This document shows, piece by piece, positions 1 to 8,458 of a stretch of DNA of 64,000 nt. Numbering within the stretch: position 1 is the first letter of the stretch; the number at the start of each line of letters is the position of its first letter. This DNA is from Candidatus Eiseniibacteriota bacterium (GTDB lineage Bacteria > Eisenbacteria > RBG-16-71-46 > JABDJR01): assembly GCA_963762255.1 (NCBI GenBank), contig CAVXKA010000001.1, positions 928,001 to 992,000 of the forward strand, read 5' to 3'. Made by a program: the position numbers and the translations under genes. Under the pieces are notes generated by a model. It saw nothing but the letters and a program-made list of their open reading frames with translations, was not told the DNA's origin and did no database searches.

Positions 1-759
1 GCCGGTGCCCAACTTGTCTGCGATGTGGTCCATGCATCGGACTGCCCGGCCGGCACTGTCCTGGACACCACCGGGTGCATGCCGCTCACGGAAGCGCCGG
101 GGAGTCATTTCGGGCTCTCGTGGCCCGTGGTGGCCAAGGGGAGCGGCTGCTGGGAGAGGGCGTCGTTGGACGTGCTCTCGCCCAGCCCGCTCGCGCGTTC
201 CGGCGACGCGCGCGGCAACTTGCTCTACAACGGCCCGATCAAGGGCGTCGTGGAGTGCGCCTCGGTCTCCAACTGGAACCAGAGCGGCGCGCCCTACAAG
301 ACAGTCATCGACGGCATGACGGTGTCGCGGCTTCGGGATCCGGGGTGCACTGGCGTCAGCGGCGTGGACACACGGCTCAACGACGTCCTCACGTGGTTCG
401 GTGTGACCGGTGGCGAGGCCTGCATGGACGTGGTGAGCAGCGTCAGTGTGCCCGGCGCGGAAGAGCCCGGTGCCGCAACGCGCTGGGGCCTCAGTCTGGC
501 CGGCGGCGCGATCGCGCAAAGCGGTTCAGCGAGATTCCTGGTATCGGCGCCTTCGGGCGCGGAGGTCACCGTGCAGATCTTCGACGTTGCCGGCCGCCGC
601 GTGCGCACCGTCTTCGCGGGGCGCTGGACCCAGGGCGAGCGCGATCTCGCGTGGAACTTGCGCGACGACGCGGGCCGCCGCGTTCCGGGCGGGCTCTACT
701 TCGCGCGGCTCGCCGGCGCGGACCAGGCCTTCACGCGGAGGCTCGTGGTGCTGCCGTAG
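1..759 (+). CDS. Secreted protein (5'-partial) with C-terminal FlgD-Ig / T9SS-CTD-like domain
   Basis: Frame is open from base 1. The C-terminus 'VTVQIFDVAGRRVRTVF...WNLRDDAGRRVPGGLYFARL...TRRLVVLP' has the typical FlgD-Ig/CTD pattern. Confidence 0.8.
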   Translation, partial: AGAQLVCDVVHASDCPAGTVLDTTGCMPLTEAPGSHFGLSWPVVAKGSGCWERASLDVLSPSPLARSGDARGNLLYNGPIKGVVECASVSNWNQSGAPYKTVIDGMTVSRLRDPGCTGVSGVDTRLNDVLTWFGVTGGEACMDVVSSVSVPGAEEPGAATRWGLSLAGGAIAQSGSARFLVSAPSGAEVTVQIFDVAGRRVRTVFAGRWTQGERDLAWNLRDDAGRRVPGGLYFARLAGADQAFTRRLVVLP

Positions 760-840
760 GGGCCTCGCCTGACGAAGGCCCCGGCGGCCGGATCGGCCGA
801 GTGCTCTCGGAAAGCGTTCCGGCCGCATTCATTCCCTTGA

Positions 841-878
841 TTGACTTCTGGCTATAATCTGGCTATATTCTAGCCAGA
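841..878 (+). promoter_or_regulatory. Sigma70-type promoter overlapped by a repeat/palindromic operator (TA autoregulation)
   Basis: TTGACT (841-846), 17 bp, TATATT (864-869). TCTGGCTATA occurs twice (847-856, 858-867) and inverted TAGCCAGA at 871-878, directly before the ATG at 879. Confidence 0.65.
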
Positions 879-1025
879 ATGCGGCACGAGATTCTCCTCT
901 CGCCCCAAGCTCTGGACGACCTGAAGCGCCTGCCGGCGCATGTCCGTGCTTCCGTAAAGGCCGGCATCGAGGAGTTCCGGAGATTCGAACCGGAGAAGGT
1001 CAGCAAGAGCCGCATCAAACGATAG
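879..1025 (+). pseudogene. Truncated RelE/ParE-family toxin (48 aa)
   Basis: Hand translation MRHEILLSPQALDDLKRLPAHVRASVKAGIEEFRRFEPEKVSKSRIKR* resembles the N-terminal half of RelE-like toxins. It stops before the YRLRVG-type C-terminal half and lies directly upstream of an antitoxin. Confidence 0.65.
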
Positions 1026-1037
1026 AGGTGAGTTGGA

Positions 1038-1283
1038 GTGAAGAAAGTAGCCCTGTCCGTGGTCAAGGACGATCTCTCCAAGTACCTGAGAATCGCCGAG
1101 AAGGAGGAGATCGTGATCACTCGTCACGGTAAGCCCGCCGGGGTGCTGATCGGTTTTGTCTCCGAGGACGAGTGGTTCGAGTACCGGTTGGAGCACGACC
1201 CCCGGTTCTTGAAGCGGGTCGAGGCGGCGAGGGAGAGCATCCGGGCGGGACGCGGCACCACGTTGGAGGACGTCGAGGAGTAG
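1038..1283 (+). CDS. Phd/YefM-family antitoxin
   Basis: 81 aa; 'LSKYLRIAEKEEIVITRHGKPAGVL' is the Phd/YefM N-terminal signature. Confidence 0.85.
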   Translation: MKKVALSVVKDDLSKYLRIAEKEEIVITRHGKPAGVLIGFVSEDEWFEYRLEHDPRFLKRVEAARESIRAGRGTTLEDVEE

Positions 1284-1423
1284 AGGTTGTTGCCGACCGA
1301 GTTCACACGGCTGGACTCCCTTGCTTCACGCGTTCCCCCCCGCCTTGGACCCCGGGTGCCGTTCGTGGCATGATTACCCGCCGCGTTGCGCCATGCCGCG
1401 CCCCGCGTCCAACCCCAAATCAC

Positions 1424-2227
1424 ATGATCGACACCCACTGCCACCTCTCCCATCCGGACTTCGACGCCGACCGCGAGGCTGTGATCGCCCGCTGTTGGCA
1501 GGGGGGCGTCACCGCGATCCTCGAAGTGGGCTATTCCGTCGAGACCAGCCGGAGCGCGATCGACGTGGCCCGCCGTCATCCCGCGCGTATCCGCGCCTCG
1601 GTGGGGATCCACCCGCATGAGGCGGGACGCGCGAGCGAAGAGGACTTCACAGCGATCCAAGAACTCTCCCGCGAGCCCGAGGTGATCGCCATCGGCGAGA
1701 CCGGTCTCGACTTCTACCGCGACTGGGCGCCGCGCGATCGCCAGCTCGACCTCTTCACGAAGACCGTGCGCTTCAGCCTCGAGCGCGACTTGCCGCTCCT
1801 CATCCACGACCGCGACGCGCACGAGGACATCCTGCGCATCCTGCGCGAGGAAGGGCGCGGCGAGGCGCGCGGCATCTTCCACTGCTTCTCCGGCGACCTC
1901 GACGTGGCCAACGCCGCCATCGGTCTCGGCTTCTATCTCGGCCTCGGCGGGAGCATCACCTACATGAACCCGCGCAAAAAGAAGGGGCAGATGCTCGCCG
2001 AGCTGCCGCTCGATCGCATCCTTCTGGAGACGGACGCGCCGTGGCTTTCGCCGGAACCGGAGAAGGGCAAGCGCAACGATCCCACGCGCATGACGCATGT
2101 GGTGGCGCGCCTCGCCGAGGCGCAGGGCGTGACCGAGGACGAGATCGTCCGCCGCACTACGGAGAACGTCGCCCGCCTCTTTTCCCATGCCGCGCCCTGG
2201 CCGTCGCCGGGCAGCTCCGAGAACTAG
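1424..2227 (+). CDS. tatD: TatD family hydrolase/DNase
   Basis: Motifs MIDTHCH, GIHPHE, IGETGLD, IHDRDA, FHCFSG, LLETDAPWL. Start moved to ATG 1424. Confidence 0.92.
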   Translation: MIDTHCHLSHPDFDADREAVIARCWQGGVTAILEVGYSVETSRSAIDVARRHPARIRASVGIHPHEAGRASEEDFTAIQELSREPEVIAIGETGLDFYRDWAPRDRQLDLFTKTVRFSLERDLPLLIHDRDAHEDILRILREEGRGEARGIFHCFSGDLDVANAAIGLGFYLGLGGSITYMNPRKKKGQMLAELPLDRILLETDAPWLSPEPEKGKRNDPTRMTHVVARLAEAQGVTEDEIVRRTTENVARLFSHAAPWPSPGSSEN

Positions 2228-2231
2228 CCGC

Positions 2232-3221
2232 GTGCGCGACGACCGCCAGCAGGACCGCCGACCCCGGCGCGGGGACCGCCGCGAGGAGTCCCGCCGTCCC
2301 CGCCGCGGGGAGCCCCGCCCGCTGCGCGACGACGAGGGGCACAGCGACCACAACGCTCCCGCCTCCCACCCCAGGGCCAAGAAGCGCTTCAGCCAGAACT
2401 TCCTGGTCGACGGCAACATGGCGCGCAAGATCGTGGACCTCTGCCAAGTCAGGCCCGACGACACCGTTATCGAGATCGGCGCGGGAACGGGGGCGCTGAC
2501 CCGCCATCTCCTGCGGGCGGCCGGCCACCTCCACGCGGTGGAGCTGGACCGGGAACTTTTCGAGGGCCTCCGGGTCGAATTCGAGGACGAACCGAAACTC
2601 ACCCTCCACCAAGCCGACATCTTGAAGCTTCGCGTGCGCAACATGATCCCGGGAGGGCGAGCCCTCGTGGTGGGAAACCTCCCTTACGCCATCACCCATG
2701 ACCTCGTGTTGTGGCTGCTCGATCAGCACGCCGACATCCGGCGCGCGGTCGTGCTCATGCAGCGCGAGGTCGCGGCGCGGCTCTGCGCGGAACCGGGCGA
2801 GCGCGTCGGTGGAACGATGACGCTGGCCGTTCACTATCGCGCGGAGGCGGAGCGGATCCTCGATGTGCCCCCCGGCTGCTTCCGACCTGTGCCCAAGGTC
2901 ACTTCCAGCCTGGTGGCGTTTCGCTTCCGCGACGAACCCCCGGTGCACCCGCGCGATGAAGCGTTCTTCTTCCGCGTGATCCGCGCCGCTTTTGGCGAGC
3001 GACGCAAGACGCTCGCCAACTCGCTGGCCGCGGGCCTTGGCGAGCCGCGCGCCTCGGTGGAAGCGGCGGTACGCGACGCGGGTCTCGATCCCATGATCCG
3101 CGGCGAGCGGCTGACCCTCGAAGAGTTCACCCGGCTGGCGGATCGACTCGGTGAGCCGCGCGCCGATGGTAACGCACGCCCTGAGGCTGAGCCGTGCGCT
3201 GACGGAGAGCCGCAGCCGTGA
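2232..3221 (+). CDS. rsmA: 16S rRNA (adenine1518/1519-N6)-dimethyltransferase
   Basis: KKRFSQNFL, EIGAGTGALT, VELD, VGNLPY, MQREVA, FRPVPKVTS, RRKTLAN. Probable GTG start at 2232 with an Arg-rich N-terminal extension. Confidence 0.93.
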   Translation: MRDDRQQDRRPRRGDRREESRRPRRGEPRPLRDDEGHSDHNAPASHPRAKKRFSQNFLVDGNMARKIVDLCQVRPDDTVIEIGAGTGALTRHLLRAAGHLHAVELDRELFEGLRVEFEDEPKLTLHQADILKLRVRNMIPGGRALVVGNLPYAITHDLVLWLLDQHADIRRAVVLMQREVAARLCAEPGERVGGTMTLAVHYRAEAERILDVPPGCFRPVPKVTSSLVAFRFRDEPPVHPRDEAFFFRVIRAAFGERRKTLANSLAAGLGEPRASVEAAVRDAGLDPMIRGERLTLEEFTRLADRLGEPRADGNARPEAEPCADGEPQP

Positions 3222-5092
3222 CCCGCCGCGGGCTCGCGTTCGCCCTCGTCCTTGTCGCGCTGATCCTCCCGCGTGCGGCGCGCGCGCAAGATGAGGCCGA
3301 AGCGGACTCCAGCGCCGCCGCGGCACTGCTCCAAGTGCTGAGTCCGCACTACAGCACGAGCTACGAGGTGAACCGACAGACCACCGCCTGGGGCCAGAGC
3401 TTCGACTTCGGAACCGGGTTCGGGTTCATGAACTTCAACAATCGGGCGAAGTTCGACGTGAAGCACGACTCGGATCGCAACGAGGAACGGCGGGACGGCA
3501 GCAACACCACAGATTTGCGCTGGTTCTTTATCCCCGGGGTGCCGCTGCACATGAACCTCAAGGCCGGGCGGCGCTCGGTGACTCGCCCCAACAACGAAGT
3601 GCAGTCGGACGAGCTGGGCACGAACCTGAGCGCGAACTACCGCGCCTTCCTTTTGGGGATCACCCACACCATCGATGGCGGAGGCGGGGTCGACCAGCGC
3701 AAGGACAGTAGTGTGAGCAACGCCCTCAGCTCTCGGAGCACCGACTCGGGGGTGAACGGCGACCTTGGGTATCGGTTCAAGTGGGTTTCGCACGGGGAGG
3801 TGTTCCTCGCCGACGGCGCGTACCGGGAGAAACGTTCGGATCGGACCCTGGAATTGAAGGAGTCCACCGTCGACACCGTCCAGAAGCAGCCGAGTTCCAG
3901 CCGCGAGCGGGCGACCAGCGCGAACTTCTCGTTCGCCCCGGACGATCGACTGGACGGGAAGATCTCAATTGGCGACAGCGCCAAGCGGAACCAACTGTAC
4001 GTGGTTCAGGGAGGCCTCGGTTCGCTTGACGACCAGGAGAACACCCGGTCGAACATCGACGGGGAGATCAACTTCAAGCCGAGGCCGACCATAGAGCTGG
4101 GGTTCCGTGCCGGTGCCGCCAAGTCCGCGTTCTTGTCCAAGGTGCGAGACGACCTGGCCTCGTCAGGCAACGGGACCTCCTGGGAGGCGACGCTCAAGAC
4201 GACGGTCTGGGGGACGAGTATCGACAGCAAACTGTCGGCGCGGAAAGACCGACTCGAACCGGCGGTGAGCGACACCACCGAGTCGGAGATGAGCAGTCTG
4301 GAAGGCAGGCTGAATCGTCGGCTCAACGGCAAGTTGATCGCCAAACTCGATTGGCTGGTGCGCGCCGACCGGTTGTACTACCAGACCTTTGAGCCCGCGG
4401 ATCGCTTCGATCGTGACGAGCTCAAGACCAAGCTCCAACCTTCACTGACCTACACACCGACCCTCACGTGGACCGTCACGACGACTTACATCCGCAGCGT
4501 CTCACGCCGGGTGGAGGTCAACCCGTCACGCGCCAACCAGACGCGCCGCGAAGAGGACTACACGATCGACTTCAACATCGGCCATCAGTTCAGCGCGGCT
4601 ACCAAGATGACGCAGACCTACTCCATCAAGGCGCTCACCACTCTCTTCGACTACGTGCCGGGCTCGGACCGTCTGCTTGCCACCCAACGCATCTCCACGG
4701 GCCTGACGTCGAATGTGACCGAGAGAGTGACCCTCACCCTCGATCATCGCTTCACCCTCCAGGATTCCGGCCCCTACATCCTCAAGGATGACGGCTCGCG
4801 GGGCTTTGCCCGCAGCCTGCGCAAGTATCGCCAGGAGCTGGCCAGCTCGGTGGAATACAAGGTCGCCGCCTGGTTCGTTCTCGATACCAACTCGCGCTTC
4901 CTGCGAACGGATGACCTGAACGAGGCAAGCGGCGCCCGCACCACCAGCCGCAGCCTGGAGATCAAGCACGGCTTTAACGTCGTCAGGAGTCTGGCCGGTG
5001 GGCTAAACTTCCAGGCGCGCGGCAGTTATGTGAACAGCAGCGCGCGTGACGCTTATTGGACCCTTTCGTCGAATCTGAGCAAGGACTTCTAG
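3218..5092 (+). CDS. Putative outer-membrane beta-barrel protein, unknown family
   Basis: Signal peptide (...ARAQ), alternating amphipathic beta-strand pattern throughout, terminal Phe (LSKDF). GTGA overlap with the rsmA stop. Confidence 0.75.
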   Translation: MTRRGLAFALVLVALILPRAARAQDEAEADSSAAAALLQVLSPHYSTSYEVNRQTTAWGQSFDFGTGFGFMNFNNRAKFDVKHDSDRNEERRDGSNTTDLRWFFIPGVPLHMNLKAGRRSVTRPNNEVQSDELGTNLSANYRAFLLGITHTIDGGGGVDQRKDSSVSNALSSRSTDSGVNGDLGYRFKWVSHGEVFLADGAYREKRSDRTLELKESTVDTVQKQPSSSRERATSANFSFAPDDRLDGKISIGDSAKRNQLYVVQGGLGSLDDQENTRSNIDGEINFKPRPTIELGFRAGAAKSAFLSKVRDDLASSGNGTSWEATLKTTVWGTSIDSKLSARKDRLEPAVSDTTESEMSSLEGRLNRRLNGKLIAKLDWLVRADRLYYQTFEPADRFDRDELKTKLQPSLTYTPTLTWTVTTTYIRSVSRRVEVNPSRANQTRREEDYTIDFNIGHQFSAATKMTQTYSIKALTTLFDYVPGSDRLLATQRISTGLTSNVTERVTLTLDHRFTLQDSGPYILKDDGSRGFARSLRKYRQELASSVEYKVAAWFVLDTNSRFLRTDDLNEASGARTTSRSLEIKHGFNVVRSLAGGLNFQARGSYVNSSARDAYWTLSSNLSKDF

Positions 5093-5093
5093 C

Positions 5094-5752
5094 ATGCGCG
5101 TCTGGATCGACTCGGGAACCCGCCGGATCGTAATGGGGTTGATCGTCATGATGGGCGGGGCGCTCGGTCTGGGCCTCTCCGCCTGCGGGCTCTTCGACAT
5201 CCGCGACGCCAGGCCCCCCGATGACGGGTCGACAGAGTTCTGCCAAGGAGACATCACCGACTTCTTCAGATATAGTTGTTGAAAACTTCGCGCTGGCAAT
5301 GGACTGCCGCGAAGATGGATCGGGGCTCTTTGCGCAGACTCTGGCCGATGGATTCATCCTCAAACTGGACCCGACGGACGCCTTCGATCTCGAACCGCTC
5401 GGTGTGACCCGCGACACGATCAACCGGGCGGAGACGATTCTCGCCCAGGAGCGGATCGTCAACAGCGCGGAGTTCCCCGACTCGTTCCTCTTCGTCTTCA
5501 CGCCCGTCGTGCCCCAGGACCAAGGAGGTAGTCAGGTCTACTATGAGAACATGCCGTACCGGCTGGGAATCTATCAGCAGGACGGAGATTCGACGTGGCT
5601 GGCCGCCGAGTACTTCGGGGACGGTCGACCTGACCGTATCCGAGGAACAGGCAGGCACTTGGGCGATCTCCCGATGGGTGGACCACGGGTTTGGGACCCC
5701 TGGCTCGACCCTCGGTTACCTGTACGCCCTGAAGGCACTGACTCCGGGCTAA
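5094..5752 (+). pseudogene. Lipoprotein split by two apparent +1 frameshifts (about 5240 and 5615); distant relative of the downstream paralogs
   Basis: Lipobox LSAC in 5094..5282. 'SPTSSDIVVENF...YENMPYRL' continues in the frame of 5221..5814, and 'GTVDLTVSEEQAGTWAISRWVD...STLGYL' in the frame of 5543..5752. May be intact if the indels are sequencing errors. Confidence 0.65.
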
Positions 5753-5848
5753 GTGCTAGAATCCGGAGTTCGGGCAAAAGACTTGAGAAAAGGGAGCCCG
5801 TGGCCGATGCATAAATGGCCGTACTCGAGCCCCTGGAGGTTTTGAACC

Positions 5849-6508
5849 ATGAAACGCTTCGTTCAGCTCACTGTATTCGCCTTGGTGGCAGTGTTCGTCT
5901 TCAAGGGATGCATCTTCGATCCCGGGAAGGAGAAACCCGGCGATGTCATCAAGGGGTATCTGCCCCCGACGTCTCCCGAAAACGTCGTCAACAACTTGCA
6001 GGCTTCCTACCAGCGCAAGGAGATCGAGGAGTACGCGAAGCTTCTCGACCCGACGTTCATCTTCAAGTTCCAGGCGGCGGACGTTCCGCCCGACCTCCCG
6101 CGTGAATACTGGAACCGAGATGAGGACTCGACCGGGACAGACGCTCTGTTCACCACCGATGAAGTCTCTACGATCTCCCTGGATCCCGGGGCCTACTCCT
6201 CCGAGGACGCGGGTCGACTCGATGAGCCGGGAGCGAGGCGGATCCGCCTCACTCACGTGAAGCTCGAGGTGGAGCAGGTCAACGGCGTGACGCTGCTGGT
6301 GCAGGGCGACATCCAGGACATGTACTTCCGCAAGGGGAGCGTGGAAGCCGGCACCGACTCCACCAAGTGGTACCTGTACGAGTGGCAGGACCTGAGTGGT
6401 GGCAACGCGCCCCGGCCTGGGGTGACCCCTGTGGCTTCGGATCCGGCAGGCGGCGTGCAGGACGCGAATTGGGGCCAGATCCTCGCGGACTTTGCTCGGC
6501 GCCGGTAA
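5849..6508 (+). CDS. Lipoprotein, tandem paralog 1 (PTSPEN...WNRDEDST...TDSTKWYLxEW family)
   Basis: SD GGAGG, lipobox FKGC, core shared with three downstream genes, tail ANWGQILADF. Confidence 0.85.
   Translation: MKRFVQLTVFALVAVFVFKGCIFDPGKEKPGDVIKGYLPPTSPENVVNNLQASYQRKEIEEYAKLLDPTFIFKFQAADVPPDLPREYWNRDEDSTGTDALFTTDEVSTISLDPGAYSSEDAGRLDEPGARRIRLTHVKLEVEQVNGVTLLVQGDIQDMYFRKGSVEAGTDSTKWYLYEWQDLSGGNAPRPGVTPVASDPAGGVQDANWGQILADFARRR
6242..6385 (+). repeat. 144-bp near-identical dispersed repeat (copy 2 at 8154-8297)
   Basis: Manual alignment of paralog 1 with paralog 3 shows 4 mismatches in 144 bp. Confidence 0.85.
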
Positions 6509-6585
6509 CGGCGTGGGGGTGAGGCGGGCTCTCCGGTGATGGAGGTCTCGCTCGGTCCGACGATTTCGATCAGACGATCTTGAAG

Positions 6586-6620
6586 GAGGGCGGCGCGTGA
6601 TTGCGCCGCCCTCTGCTTTC
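6586..6620 (+). terminator. Possible intrinsic terminator hairpin after paralog 1
   Basis: GAGGGCGGCGCG-TGAT-TGCGCCGCCCTC followed by a weak T tract (TGCTTTC). Confidence 0.45.
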
Positions 6621-6670
6621 AGGAGTACTCGACATCCCGTCCATTGCCTCTGCGGGGGCGGGGTTTCGAG

Positions 6671-6913
6671 ATGCCGGGTTTCGGTTTCACGCGGTACTTC
6701 GAGCAGGAAGTCCTACGCAAACGTCCTTACGTCGAGCGCCGGTTCTGCGAACTTGTGGTGGAGAATCCTGTCCGGATTCGGGTTCAGAGCGACGGGAGGA
6801 TCCGATATTGGGGTGTGGTGCCCGAGCTTGGAGGACGGATCCTGAGAGTGGTGACATTGAGTGACGGTCGGACGATTCACAACGCCTTCCTGGACAGGAG
6901 CTTCAGACCATGA
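6671..6913 (+). CDS. Putative small toxin (BrnT/DUF4258-like RNase fold) paired with DUF2283
   Basis: 80 aa, basic; 'DGRIRYWG...LRVVTLSDGRTIHNAFLDR'; ATGA overlap with the DUF2283 gene. Confidence 0.6.
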   Translation: MPGFGFTRYFEQEVLRKRPYVERRFCELVVENPVRIRVQSDGRIRYWGVVPELGGRILRVVTLSDGRTIHNAFLDRSFRP

Positions 6914-7128
6914 AGATCACGTACTACCCGGAGACCGACTCGCTCTACATCGACTTTTCTCCCAAGCCGAGCGTCGAGAGCCGTGAGGTCTCGGAAGGTG
7001 TGGTCTTGGACTACGACGCGGACGGCAACCTGACCGGGATCGATATCGACCAGGCGAGCGCCAAGCTCGAACTTTCCGAGATGGTGCTCACGAAACTGCC
7101 GCTGGAGCCCAAGAAGCGGAGGGCCTAG
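6910..7128 (+). CDS. DUF2283 domain protein (putative antitoxin)
   Basis: MKITYYPETDSLYI...SEGVVLDYDADGNLTGIDI is the characteristic DUF2283 pattern. Confidence 0.8.
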   Translation: MKITYYPETDSLYIDFSPKPSVESREVSEGVVLDYDADGNLTGIDIDQASAKLELSEMVLTKLPLEPKKRRA

Positions 7129-7164
7129 AGAAGTCCCGCCTGACTTCGGCGGCATCCGGGGGGA

Positions 7165-7761
7165 ATGACCGTGAAGATCGCCAAGCGACTCGTGTGGGGA
7201 GGGGTCTTCGTTGCGTTGGCCGGGTTCGCGTGGGGGTGCGGGGAGGAACTCGTAGGTGATCCGGGGGATCTGCCTCCCGGTTATCTTCCTCAGACATCCC
7301 CCGAGAACGTCCTCCAGAACCTGCAGGTCTCCTACCAGCGCCGGGAGATCGAGGAGTACGTGAAGCTCCTGGATCCCGTGTACATCTTCAAGTTCCAGCA
7401 GGCGGACATTCCGCCCGACCTTCCGCGTGAATACTGGAACCGCGACGAGGACTCGACCATGGTGGCGGCCCTCTTCGACAATCCCGATGTCGTTCGCATC
7501 AGCCTGGACTTTGGGCCCTTCGCGGCCGAGGACGCGGGCCGACTCGACGAGCCGCAGGCGAATCGGATCCGCCTCACCCATGTGAGGATCGAGGTGGAAC
7601 TGCGTGACGGGACGACCCTGCAGGCGGGGAGCGATCTCATGGACATGTATCTCGGGCGCGGACGCGCGGCAGCCGGCACCGACTCCACGAAGTGGTACAT
7701 CTTCGAGTGGCAGGATTTCGAGGGTGAATGGTCGTCGCTCTTGCGCGAGGTGGGGAAGTGA
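7165..7761 (+). CDS. Lipoprotein, tandem paralog 2
   Basis: Lipobox AWGC; same core; short tail EWSSLLREVGK. Confidence 0.85.
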   Translation: MTVKIAKRLVWGGVFVALAGFAWGCGEELVGDPGDLPPGYLPQTSPENVLQNLQVSYQRREIEEYVKLLDPVYIFKFQQADIPPDLPREYWNRDEDSTMVAALFDNPDVVRISLDFGPFAAEDAGRLDEPQANRIRLTHVRIEVELRDGTTLQAGSDLMDMYLGRGRAAAGTDSTKWYIFEWQDFEGEWSSLLREVGK

Positions 7762-8426
7762 AGCGCGCCAATCTGGTGCTCGTTGCAGCGGCCCTGTTGG
7801 CGGTTTTGGCGTGGGGGTGCGGCGAGGACCCGACCTGCGTGGATTGCTGCGACGATTGTTGGAGCGTATATCTGCCCCAGACGTCTCCCGAATACGTCCT
7901 CGAGAACCTGGCGGCATCCTACGAGCGCCACGAGATCGAGGAGTACGCGAAGCTCCTCGACCCGACGTTTATCTTCAAGTTCCAGCAGGCGGACATTCCG
8001 CCCGGCCTCCTGCGCGAATACTGGAACCGGGACGAGGACTCCACCGGAACCGGAGCGCTGTTCAACACCGATGAAGTCTCCAGTATCCACGTGGACCTCG
8101 GCGCATTCACCGTCGTTGACGATGACCGCCTCGCCGAGCCCGGCGCGAAACGCATCCGCCTCACCCACGTGAAGCTCGAGGTGGAGCAGGTCAACGGTGT
8201 GACGCTGCTGGTGCAGGGCGACATCCAGGACATGTACTTCCGCAAGGGGCGCGTGGAAGCCGGCACCGACTCCACCAAGTGGTACCTGTTCGAGTGGAGC
8301 GATCTCCGTGGCGAAGGCAGTCTCAAGCCTGCCAACCAGGCGTCGGGTCACGCGTTGGATCTCGCCAGGTCGAGCCCCCTCATTGAACCCGCGACTTGGG
8401 GCAAGATCAAGAGCATGTTCGAGTGA
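7758..8426 (+). CDS. Lipoprotein, tandem paralog 3
   Basis: GTG start overlapping the paralog 2 stop; lipobox AWGC; CVDCCDDC cluster; tail ATWGKIKSMFE. Confidence 0.85.
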   Translation: MKRANLVLVAAALLAVLAWGCGEDPTCVDCCDDCWSVYLPQTSPEYVLENLAASYERHEIEEYAKLLDPTFIFKFQQADIPPGLLREYWNRDEDSTGTGALFNTDEVSSIHVDLGAFTVVDDDRLAEPGAKRIRLTHVKLEVEQVNGVTLLVQGDIQDMYFRKGRVEAGTDSTKWYLFEWSDLRGEGSLKPANQASGHALDLARSSPLIEPATWGKIKSMFE

Positions 8427-8458
8427 TGGGGTGGCCCGCCGCTCGCGGAAGGAGAGGG

